This document shows positions 56,019-64,000 of a DNA stretch of 64,000 bases, piece by piece. A program made the translations under genes and the position numbers. The stretch covers positions 6,835 to 70,834 of the forward strand of contig PQAE01000004.1 of assembly GCA_003104935.1 (NCBI GenBank), in the 5' to 3' direction. Positions within the stretch are counted from its first letter, which is position 1, and every line of letters begins with the position of its first letter. The notes beneath the pieces were generated by a model, which worked only from the letters and a program-made list of their open reading frames with translations, had not been told where the DNA came from and did no database searches. This DNA is from Parcubacteria group bacterium. GTDB taxonomy: Bacteria; Patescibacteriota; Patescibacteriia; UBA1558; GWA2-36-10.

Positions 56019-57668
56019 ATGAAAATAAAGCTCGCAAATCCTGGCCGTCGACCAATCTATGTTTGGTTGATTTTTTTATCGGCGACTCTAGTTTTGTACG
56101 GGGCCGGCATGCATATTTATTTTTTGTCCGATGATTGGCATTGGCTGTATCTGGGACAAGAGCGAGCCATAGACGGCAGTTTATTTTTGAGCAATTATGC
56201 CGGCCAGACCGGCGACGGATCTTATAATCCGTTTTTATTTTTGATTTTTAAATTGTTCTATGTCCTGTTCGGCTTAAAGTTTTGGGCTTACCATCTGATC
56301 AGCATCCTCGTACACGCTACCAACGGTTTGCTAGTATATTTGTTGGCCAGGAAATTATTTGTTGTCGGCCAACGAAACATAGCTTGGTTTTGGCCGGTCA
56401 TTATCGGAGCAATGTTTATTGTCTGGCCTAACCAGGTGGAGACCGTCACCTGGCTGTCGGCCTGGGCGCATTTGTGGCCGACATTCTTCTTTTTATTATC
56501 TCTGCTCAGTTATTTACATTTTCGCTCGTCTAGTCGCCGGTTTTATTTGTTTTTATCCGTCCTGTTATTTACCATAGCTATTTTTACCAAAGAAACTACG
56601 CTGAGCTTGCCGTTTATTATATTAGTGAACGAGATGTTTCTGGGGCGGCTTTGTCAGACTACCCGACCGGATTATCTGAGGGTTCGTTATTTTTTTTACA
56701 TTCTTTTATTTTTTCTATTATTACGTTATGGTGCTACCGGCATGTGTCTGGGATATTATATGGCGCCGGTCTTAGGTCTTGACCCGTTGGCGTGGATTGC
56801 GCGCTTGGCGATATACGGATCAGAGCTAGTCAGCTTTGGTTTCCTGAGAATCTTGCTGAGCAAAATCGTTTATCATTATCAGCTACTAGTTGCCATTTTG
56901 GTTTTACTATTTTTAGCCGGCAGTACTTATGGCTTATATGTTAGGAAAAAGTTTTTTTTGCTGGCGGTGGCCGGGAGTCTGCTGATAGCGTTGGGGCCAT
57001 TTTTACTTTTAGATTTGCACCGTACTACTTTTGCCGATGAGAGATATCTGTATTTGCCGTCTGTTTTTTTTGTGATCGGCCTGGGTTATATTCTCAGCTT
57101 TTGGCCACGGCGTTATTGGCCACGGACCATACTGATAGTGATCGGTATAATTTGTCTGGGCGTGGTGCGCTACAAATTGGACATCTGGCAACAGGCCGGC
57201 CGGCTCAGTCAGCAGACACTGGCCAGTTATGGCGAATTAAAACTAGCACCGGATCAGAAATTGGTCGCAGTGGGCCTGCCGGACAATCTGGCCGGAGCCC
57301 AACTCTGGCGCAACAATCTGTCTTTAGCCCTGGATTTTATCTATCCGGTTCCGGTAAGGCACCAGATAACGATGTTGCCGGTTTATGTCCAGTTAAATAA
57401 AGATAATCAGGACAAACATCTGCTTAACTGGCGCCAAGATGAGCTGGGCTGGTTTGGGGAGAGTGCCGACGGCAGTTTTGTGGTCACCGGCCTGACCTCG
57501 CTCACCCGCAACGGTTTTTATTGGGAGCTATGGAACTATAATTATCAAAATTATACGGCTAATACTATCCGGCTGATGCCGCAGACGGAGAAGCTAAAAG
57601 ACTCGCTGGGTAGCGGACAAATAAAAATTTTTACTTTTGACCGCGGGCGATTCCGCATTCTAGAATAA
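56019..57668 (+). CDS. GT-C fold membrane glycosyltransferase (PMT/ArnT-like)
   Basis: 549 aa, more than 10 TM helices. First-loop DD motif (YFLSDDWHWLY). Soluble C-terminal domain. Confidence 0.45.
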   Translation: MKIKLANPGRRPIYVWLIFLSATLVLYGAGMHIYFLSDDWHWLYLGQERAIDGSLFLSNYAGQTGDGSYNPFLFLIFKLFYVLFGLKFWAYHLISILVHATNGLLVYLLARKLFVVGQRNIAWFWPVIIGAMFIVWPNQVETVTWLSAWAHLWPTFFFLLSLLSYLHFRSSSRRFYLFLSVLLFTIAIFTKETTLSLPFIILVNEMFLGRLCQTTRPDYLRVRYFFYILLFFLLLRYGATGMCLGYYMAPVLGLDPLAWIARLAIYGSELVSFGFLRILLSKIVYHYQLLVAILVLLFLAGSTYGLYVRKKFFLLAVAGSLLIALGPFLLLDLHRTTFADERYLYLPSVFFVIGLGYILSFWPRRYWPRTILIVIGIICLGVVRYKLDIWQQAGRLSQQTLASYGELKLAPDQKLVAVGLPDNLAGAQLWRNNLSLALDFIYPVPVRHQITMLPVYVQLNKDNQDKHLLNWRQDELGWFGESADGSFVVTGLTSLTRNGFYWELWNYNYQNYTANTIRLMPQTEKLKDSLGSGQIKIFTFDRGRFRILE

Positions 57669-57757
57669 TCAGTTTACGGGAGCGTAAATCGTTTGATTAT
57701 TCCGCGATTTTCAGTTATTCTTATGGTAGCAATAGCTAATTTACTCCATAAAAAAGG

Positions 57758-58795
57758 ATGAAAGAAGAGTTAAAGGTAGAGAAGTTGGGCGTGCTGTTGG
57801 AGCCCACTAAACAACCATTTGAAAAAAGGGCGGTCTTAAATCCGGGCTGCTATCAAGACGGCGAATTTGTGCATGTATTTTATCGGGGCATTGATCATGA
57901 TAATCATTCCAGCATCGGCTATGCTAAATTAAAGGGGCCGACCAAAGTGGTACAGAGATTTAAAAAGCCCGTCATTTCCCACAGCTATCAATATGAAAAG
58001 GCCGGCGCGGAAGACCCCCGGATCGTCAAGCTGGGAAAAACTTTTTATCTGACTTATGTCGCTCACGACGGCAAAAATGCGCTGACAGCTTATGCCACCA
58101 GCCGTGACTTAAAAAAATTTAAAAAACGCGGCTTGATCAGCCCCTTGGTGACCTACGACACCTCCGCTTCCCTGTTTCGAAAAAACAAGCTCAAGGACCG
58201 TTATTTTATGTTTGAGGCCTACTATGAGGAATCGGCCGGAGATGATATTTTGCTGTGGTTCAAGGATGTATTTTTATTTCCACGCAAGTTTAAAAACCGC
58301 TTTGCCATGCTGGCCAGAGTCCTGCCGGACATCCATATCATTTTTTTCCGGAGTTTCAACCAGTTGAAACAAAGGAGTTTTTGGAAAAATTATTTAAAGC
58401 GACTATCCAGCCACGTGGTTTTGGAAAATAAATACTGGTTTGAATCCCGCAATATCGGCGGCGGCGCTCCGCCCATTTACACCAAGGACGGCTGGCTAGT
58501 GATCTTTCATACCGTGTCGGAATCAAATAAATCCAGAATATATTATGCCAGCGCCGCTTTGCTGGATAAGACTAATCCGCAAAAAGTCATCGGACGACTG
58601 AGCAAACCTCTGTTTTCTCCGGATCAGGAATGGGAGAAAAGAGGTTTTGTTAATGACGTCGTCTTTCCCACTGGCACGGCCATTTTCGGCAAAGACCTCT
58701 ATATCTATTATGGGGCGGCCGATAAACGCATTGCCGTCGCCCGGGTAAATTTTCGGCAACTAATCAAGAAACTTAAAGCAACTCCGCAGAAATAA
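57758..58795 (+). CDS. GH130-family (DUF377) beta-propeller glycoside phosphorylase/hydrolase-like protein
   Basis: VLNPGCYQDGEFVHVFYRGIDHDNHSSIGYAKLKG...AGAEDPRIVKLGKTFYLTYVAHDG pattern, including EDPRI, typical of GH130. Confidence 0.55.
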   Translation: MKEELKVEKLGVLLEPTKQPFEKRAVLNPGCYQDGEFVHVFYRGIDHDNHSSIGYAKLKGPTKVVQRFKKPVISHSYQYEKAGAEDPRIVKLGKTFYLTYVAHDGKNALTAYATSRDLKKFKKRGLISPLVTYDTSASLFRKNKLKDRYFMFEAYYEESAGDDILLWFKDVFLFPRKFKNRFAMLARVLPDIHIIFFRSFNQLKQRSFWKNYLKRLSSHVVLENKYWFESRNIGGGAPPIYTKDGWLVIFHTVSESNKSRIYYASAALLDKTNPQKVIGRLSKPLFSPDQEWEKRGFVNDVVFPTGTAIFGKDLYIYYGAADKRIAVARVNFRQLIKKLKATPQK

Positions 58796-58799
58796 GACT

Positions 58800-61028
58800 A
58801 TGACTCCCTTGCGCGCTAAAGTCGAATCGAGTCAGATACTGTTTGTCAGCACCTACCCGCCTCGGGAATGCGGTATTGCTACTTTTACCCAGGATTTGAC
58901 CCAGGCTCTGGATAAAAAATTTAGCCCCCTGGTTAAAACTAAGATTTGCGCTCTGAACGAGCAGGCTACTTCTATATATAACTATAATCAAAATGTAGTC
59001 CAACAGGTCGCGGCCAGCGAGCTGGAGAATTATGTTTCCGGCGCCAATAAGATCAACGCCCGTAGCGAAGTCAAGCTGGTCAATATTCAGCATGAGTTCG
59101 GGATTTACGGCGGGTATTGGGGTAATTATTTGATACCCTTTATGCAAGCTCTGGATAAGCCGATTGTGGTGACCCTGCATTCGGTTTTGCCCCGGCCTCA
59201 GGAATATGTCCGCAAAGTTGTGCAAATGATGGCGGCCCGGGCTCAGGCGCTGGTGGTGATGAACAGGCTCTCGCAAAAAGTACTGATCCAGGATTACCAG
59301 ATTCCCCAGTATAAGATTTTTTACATCCCGCACGGCATACCGCAGGTGATGTACGGATCGGGCCAACCTTTTAAGGAACAATTGGGACTAAGCGGCAAGA
59401 TCGTATTGTCCACTTTTGGTTTGCTCAGTGACAATAAAGGCATCCAATATGCCATCCGGGCCTTACCCAAGATCGTGCAAAAATATCCTCAGGTTGTTTA
59501 TTTGATTATCGGTGAAACTCATCCTAATGTCCGTAAAAATGAAGGTGAGCATTATCGTAATTTTCTCAATAAGGAAGTGAAAAGACTCGGCCTCAGTAAC
59601 CAGGTTAAATTTTATAACAAATATATCAATCTGGAAGAGATCACAAATTTTTTACAGGCCACCGATATTTATATTTCTACTACGCTTAGTCAGGCCCAGT
59701 CTGTGAGTGGTACCCTCTCTTATGCCTTGGGTTGCGGACGCCCGGTGGTCAGCACGGCCACCCACTATGCCGAACATATTATCACCAAGAAAAATGGCAT
59801 CCTGGTTCGTTTCCGCAATGCTAGTGATATCACCAAAGCGGTTTTATCTTTACTCGGCGACGACAGGACCAGGTTGGCTATGGGCGCGCAAGCCTACAAA
59901 GATACTCGGCCGATGATTTGGCCTAATGTGGCCGAGTCTTATTATAAAATCTACAAAAAAATCGCCTCTTTGGCAGGGGAGAGCAATAAACTGCCGCCCA
60001 TCAAGCTGGACCATCTAGTCAGACTGACCGATGACTTTGGTGTGGTTCAGCATGCTCGCTACAGCCGGCCGGAAAAAAGATTTGGTTATAGCACCGACGA
60101 TATGGCTCGGGCGCTGATTGTCTGCGCTCAATATTTACAGCTCGGTTCCTCCGGTATGGCCGCAAATCTGATGCGGATTTATATGAAATTTTTGAAATTC
60201 GCCCAGAAAAAAAACGGCAGTTTTGTTAATATCGTCACCCAGCAGAGGCGCCGGACCGCGGCTATCGAGGATGATGTACAGGGTCGGGTGATTTGGGCCC
60301 TAGGTTTTGTCAGCGCCCAAGCTAATGTAGCGGAAGACATAAAAAAAGAAGCGCGCCATTATTTTAAGAAAATTTTTCCTTTAATCAAGCGATTGAAGGC
60401 GCCGCGATCTATGGCCTTTGCTCTTTGCGGATTATATTATTATTTACAGGCCTTTCCTCAAGAACAGAAAGTGAAAAAATCGTTGGCCCAGCTGGCTGAT
60501 CACTTGGCTTTGCTTTATGAACACAATGCTTCCTACAAATGGCATTGGTTTGAAGATTTTTTGACTTATTCCAACGCTAAATTACCCGAAGCGCTATTTT
60601 TGGCCTATGATCTGCTACGGAAAAAGCGCTACCTGAAAGTGGCTCAGGCCTCGCTCAAATTTTTAGATTCGCTGACCTTTGGGCCCAAGTATTTTGCTCC
60701 CATCGGGCAAAACGGTTGGTGTTTTAAGGATAAAACTCGCGCGTATTTTGACCAGCAACCGGAAGACGTTTCCACTATGGTCCAGGCCAAAATCTTGGCT
60801 TATAAAATTACTAAAAATAAAAAACAGCTAAGCGACGCCTTGCGGGCCTTTCAGTGGTTTCTGGGAAAAAATTATCTGGGCCTAATGGTTTATGATGAGC
60901 TAACCGGCGGTTGCCACGACGGGTTGGGACAGTTTGAGCTCAATCTGAACCAGGGAGCAGAGTCCACTATTTGTTATTTGATGGCGCGGTTGGCTTTACA
61001 GGATCCGGTTTTAGTTAAATTAAAATAA
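58800..61028 (+). CDS. GT4-family glycosyltransferase fused to a ~340-aa alpha-helical C-terminal domain of unknown function
   Basis: The N-terminal ~400 aa carry Glyco_transf_4/Glycos_transf_1 features (ILFVSTYPPRECGIATFTQDL...E(x7)E-like region). The C-terminal half has no assignable motif. Confidence 0.6.
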   Translation: MTPLRAKVESSQILFVSTYPPRECGIATFTQDLTQALDKKFSPLVKTKICALNEQATSIYNYNQNVVQQVAASELENYVSGANKINARSEVKLVNIQHEFGIYGGYWGNYLIPFMQALDKPIVVTLHSVLPRPQEYVRKVVQMMAARAQALVVMNRLSQKVLIQDYQIPQYKIFYIPHGIPQVMYGSGQPFKEQLGLSGKIVLSTFGLLSDNKGIQYAIRALPKIVQKYPQVVYLIIGETHPNVRKNEGEHYRNFLNKEVKRLGLSNQVKFYNKYINLEEITNFLQATDIYISTTLSQAQSVSGTLSYALGCGRPVVSTATHYAEHIITKKNGILVRFRNASDITKAVLSLLGDDRTRLAMGAQAYKDTRPMIWPNVAESYYKIYKKIASLAGESNKLPPIKLDHLVRLTDDFGVVQHARYSRPEKRFGYSTDDMARALIVCAQYLQLGSSGMAANLMRIYMKFLKFAQKKNGSFVNIVTQQRRRTAAIEDDVQGRVIWALGFVSAQANVAEDIKKEARHYFKKIFPLIKRLKAPRSMAFALCGLYYYLQAFPQEQKVKKSLAQLADHLALLYEHNASYKWHWFEDFLTYSNAKLPEALFLAYDLLRKKRYLKVAQASLKFLDSLTFGPKYFAPIGQNGWCFKDKTRAYFDQQPEDVSTMVQAKILAYKITKNKKQLSDALRAFQWFLGKNYLGLMVYDELTGGCHDGLGQFELNLNQGAESTICYLMARLALQDPVLVKLK

Positions 61029-61034
61029 AAAAAT

Positions 61035-62174
61035 ATGAAATTAACCAATGACGGTTATCAGCAGGCGATCAGGGTTTTACAACATTGTGCCCGTCCCAGC
61101 GGCTGGTTTGCTTCGGGTCTGCCCGGGGGTTATGCCGGGCTATGGGCCCGGGACAGCATGACTACTTCCCTGGGAGCCGCGCTGATAAAAAATAAATTCA
61201 AGCCGACATTTAAGGCCAGCTTAGCCCTGCTTAGTAAAAATCAATCGGCGCTGGGACAAATCCCCAATGCCGTGGGAGATTATAACGAAGACAGAAAATC
61301 CCGGGTGACTTTTAATACCATTGATTCTACTTTGTGGTATATTATCGGCCAACATATTTACGCTCAAGCTTATCACGACGGCAGTTTATTAAAAAAATAT
61401 AAAAAAAATATTGACCGAGCTTTTTTATGGCTGGCTTATCAGGATCCAAATGAAGATAAATTGTTGGTACAGCAACCGACCATGGACTGGCAAGACGCGT
61501 TTCCGCACAAATATGGCCGGGTCATCAACACCCAGGCTCTGCATTACGGCGCCTTGCGTTTGGCCGGAAAAAAATCGCAGGCCGAGCATATTAAAAAAGT
61601 AGTGAACGGCAATATAGAAAAATATTTGTCGCTCTATGATAAAAAGAGGGGCTATTATCTGCCTTGGGTTTGGAAAAATCACGACGGCGACCGGGAGCAG
61701 GAAACCTGGTTTGACACCCTGGGAAATCTGCTGGCTATAATTACCGGTTTAGCTACGCCCAAAATCGCCGAGAAAATCCTGGACTATATCGAGCAAAAAA
61801 AAATCAACCGGCCCTATCCCTGCCAGGCGATCTATCCGCCGCTCCGGCCGGCCGACAAAGAGTGGCAGTCCTATTTTTCCAAAGCTATTTCTAAACCTTA
61901 TGATTATTTAAACGGAGGGATCTGGCCTTTTATCGGCGGTTTTTATGTCGCGGCTCTAGTTAAAACCAAAAGACACTCCCGGGCCCTAAGCGAGCTGGAG
62001 CGTCTGAGTCATGCTAATAAATTAGGTAAAGACCGGGTCTGGGAATTTAATGAGTGGCTGGGCGGCCGGAGCGGCCGACCACAGGGCGCACCTTACCAGG
62101 CCTGGTCGGCCGGAACTTATCTTTTTGCCCGGCAGTCCGTGCTGGACAAAAAAGTTCCCTTTTTTAATTACTAA
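61035..62174 (+). CDS. six-hairpin (alpha/alpha)6 glycoside hydrolase-like protein (GDE_C/GH63-like)
   Basis: PSGWFASGLPGGYAGLWARDSMTTSLGA, then QDPNEDKLLVQQPTMDWQDAF and GGIWPFIGGFYV motifs typical of amylo-1,6-glucosidase / GH63-type barrels. Confidence 0.5.
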   Translation: MKLTNDGYQQAIRVLQHCARPSGWFASGLPGGYAGLWARDSMTTSLGAALIKNKFKPTFKASLALLSKNQSALGQIPNAVGDYNEDRKSRVTFNTIDSTLWYIIGQHIYAQAYHDGSLLKKYKKNIDRAFLWLAYQDPNEDKLLVQQPTMDWQDAFPHKYGRVINTQALHYGALRLAGKKSQAEHIKKVVNGNIEKYLSLYDKKRGYYLPWVWKNHDGDREQETWFDTLGNLLAIITGLATPKIAEKILDYIEQKKINRPYPCQAIYPPLRPADKEWQSYFSKAISKPYDYLNGGIWPFIGGFYVAALVKTKRHSRALSELERLSHANKLGKDRVWEFNEWLGGRSGRPQGAPYQAWSAGTYLFARQSVLDKKVPFFNY

Positions 62175-63315
62175 GGTTTAATTTTTCCCGGACAATCTTG
62201 ATACAGCGCAGAGCCAGGTTTTGGTATTGAAATTTATCCAAGGCATGGACAGCGGCTTGCTGTCCGATTTTATTTCGCAGATTATCGTCGGTCAGCAGAT
62301 CCAGGGTGTATTTGGCCAGCTCATCGGTATCGGCCCGATAAGCCAGAGTTTTGTGCTTATCAAATTTCATCTTAAAGGGCTGGTCAAAACCCATTTCTTT
62401 ACTGACCCACTCTTCTTCCAGATCGACGGTGGAGGCGACCTTGGCTAAAAATCCGGTCTGGCCGTGGATGATAGTATCGCGGGGGCCCATAGCGTCGATG
62501 GAGATCACCGGCTTGCCGCAGGCCATGGCTTCCATCTGGATCATGCCAAAACCTTCGATGCGACTGGGGGCGGCATAGATATCGCAGGCATTGAGCAGAT
62601 AGGGCATGAAGTCATGGTGGAAGTAGTCTTCGATATAAATAATTTTTTTAGGGTCCAGGCCCAGCTCGCTGATCAGCTGCATTTCCTCTTTGTGGTGGTT
62701 GCGGGCGCATTTGCTACCGCTGGCTTTACAAACATATTTATAATTAGGGTATTCTTTATCAATTTTAGCCAAGGCTTTGATCATTTCCTGAGCTCCTTTA
62801 GAGGTGACGTCGCCGCCGATAGTCAGTAGCATTTTTTCGTCCTCTTTGACACGGAGCATCTTGCGGACTTGGCGGATGCTGGCTGAGTCCCGGGGCATAG
62901 GCTTAAATAAACTGGCCTCATAACCGACATGTAAGACTTCGTAGTTTTTGACATCTATACCATCTCGTTTATAAGTGTCAATTACCCATTGGGAAGTGGT
63001 AAAAACCAGCGGTAGTTCACTGAGTATCTTATGATAGTTGGCCACCCAACCGTCCGCCAATAACCAGGGTATTGGCTGTAGCTTATAATCCATCGGACTA
63101 TAGATCAGGTCGGGTGTATCGGCCCACCAGCCGATGCCGATGACCGCATCCGGCTGAAATACTTTATAACACCACTCTTTTTCTTTTTTCTTGGCCTGGT
63201 AATGGCAGGCTAAAACATCGACGCCGTGTTCCAATAGTCCTTTGTGGAGCAGGTGTCCCTGGATGGACAGACTGCCGCCGTTGTTGGGGTATTCATAGAG
63301 CAAAAGGATTTTCAT
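62164..63315 (-). CDS. GT4-family glycosyltransferase
   Basis: MKILLLYEYPNNGGSLSIQGHLLHKGLLEHGVDV N-terminal GT4 pattern. C-terminal Glycos_transf_1 with a conserved E...E region (RIEGFGMIQMEAMACGKPVI). Confidence 0.75.
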   Translation of the reverse strand: MKILLLYEYPNNGGSLSIQGHLLHKGLLEHGVDVLACHYQAKKKEKEWCYKVFQPDAVIGIGWWADTPDLIYSPMDYKLQPIPWLLADGWVANYHKILSELPLVFTTSQWVIDTYKRDGIDVKNYEVLHVGYEASLFKPMPRDSASIRQVRKMLRVKEDEKMLLTIGGDVTSKGAQEMIKALAKIDKEYPNYKYVCKASGSKCARNHHKEEMQLISELGLDPKKIIYIEDYFHHDFMPYLLNACDIYAAPSRIEGFGMIQMEAMACGKPVISIDAMGPRDTIIHGQTGFLAKVASTVDLEEEWVSKEMGFDQPFKMKFDKHKTLAYRADTDELAKYTLDLLTDDNLRNKIGQQAAVHALDKFQYQNLALRCIKIVREKLNLSN

Positions 63316-63323
63316 AGGTTTGT

Positions 63324-63917
63324 TTAATGATAAATTTTAAAAGTTTCCTTAGCTAAACAACTGATATTTTCAAATGATTTCGGGCTAAAGCCGTAAAGTT
63401 TTTTGATAATATTTTTTTTATTTTTTAATGCGCCAAGATTTATTTTGACGGTCCAATCAATGCTTCGGGGCGGGGGATTGATAATCCTTTTTTTATTATT
63501 CAGCCGGTAAGCGAAAAAAAATAGCTGATCACAGATTAATTTTTTGTTTTGCACCAATTTTTTTACCACGCGGTGCACGCCGCGATGCCTGGGGTGGCCG
63601 TATTCACCGTTTGCGCCATGAGTAAAAATATAATCAAATTTTTTTGTCGCAAATTGCTTTAAAATCCTTTTGGCAATCGGTGCTTGGCTGGCCCGGATAC
63701 TCATCAGGCCCTCGTCTTCCAGGTCGGACATGATGCCGCGGGCGCTGTAGTGTCGGCAGACTTTCCTAAATTTAGGAGCGCGATCAGCATCATCGGCGCG
63801 GCAGAGAGCAAAGATGGTCCAGCGGATGTTTTTGTAGCGGGCGATAGTGCCGCCCATCCAAATAGTCTCGTCATCGGGATGGGCGACGATGATCAGTCCG
63901 GAGCCGCTATTTTTCAT
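63324..63917 (-). CDS. PIG-L/LmbE-family N-acetylglucosaminyl deacetylase
   Basis: LIIVAHPDDETIWMGGTI (AHPDDE zinc motif), HxxH region. Start set at the internal ATG (MKNSGSG). Confidence 0.8.
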   Translation of the reverse strand: MKNSGSGLIIVAHPDDETIWMGGTIARYKNIRWTIFALCRADDADRAPKFRKVCRHYSARGIMSDLEDEGLMSIRASQAPIAKRILKQFATKKFDYIFTHGANGEYGHPRHRGVHRVVKKLVQNKKLICDQLFFFAYRLNNKKRIINPPPRSIDWTVKINLGALKNKKNIIKKLYGFSPKSFENISCLAKETFKIYH

Positions 63918-64000
63918 AAGCGGCCGCACGGCGGGCGATTATTTTTTTAAAGCGGTCGATAATCACCGTTTCCTGGGCTTCGAGCCGGTATTGCTTGGCC

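Overview
This 64-kb window reads as a gene-dense, AT-leaning (~45% GC) bacterial chromosome segment. Its gene content and style suggest a reduced-genome, Patescibacteria/CPR-like organism; this is inference only.

Feature set: Almost all large ORFs are recognisable. Housekeeping genes include gyrA, ruvB, queH-queA, ychF, a UvrD/PcrA helicase, folD, glyA, murI, a phosphohexomutase, trpS, RNase J, secG, uvrA, groES-groEL (with a textbook sigma70 promoter and CIRCE operator), ppsA, ogt, dnaG-rpoD, and a five-tRNA cluster (Ser-GGA, Leu-CAG, Ala-CGC, Val-CAC, Pro-CGG). There are two glycosylation-type gene sets: a Dpm1-like GT2 with two GT-C membrane glycosyltransferases and methyltransferases, and a GH130 / GT4-fusion / six-hairpin GH / GT4 / LmbE set.

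Things that stand out:
1. A seven-gene surface-protein locus (43.8-50.9 kb). It holds a triple phage-tail-collar-repeat protein, two membrane-anchored cohesin-like proteins, a secreted protein with a clear tandem dockerin (Ca-binding) module, related beta-rich modules, and an embedded GIY-YIG gene. Together these look like a cohesin-dockerin surface-display or attachment system.
2. A head-to-head overlapping Elp3 (radical-SAM/GNAT) and Trm9-like methyltransferase pair. This is a eukaryote/archaea-type mcm5U34 tRNA wobble-modification module.
3. A conserved leader cassette at the uvrD-like and dnaG start codons. It has a 14-16-nt inverted repeat that sequesters the start codon, plus an MNPV... 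mini-uORF. The same TTCTAACGGGATGAA start context also occurs at trpS.
4. A ~80-nt multi-stem intergenic repeat family (ATTGCGAGG...GCAATC...GATTGC...) in three copies, one filling the groES-groEL spacer.
5. A G/C-tract nested-hairpin terminator family.
6. A 107-113-bp tandem repeat after queA.
7. A DEDD exonuclease-WYL fusion.
8. A GC-rich, G/C3-biased islet carrying an orphan response regulator and a lipoprotein.
9. A GC-rich 220-nt spacer inside the tRNA cluster.

I did not support any CRISPR array, rRNA or clear transposase.
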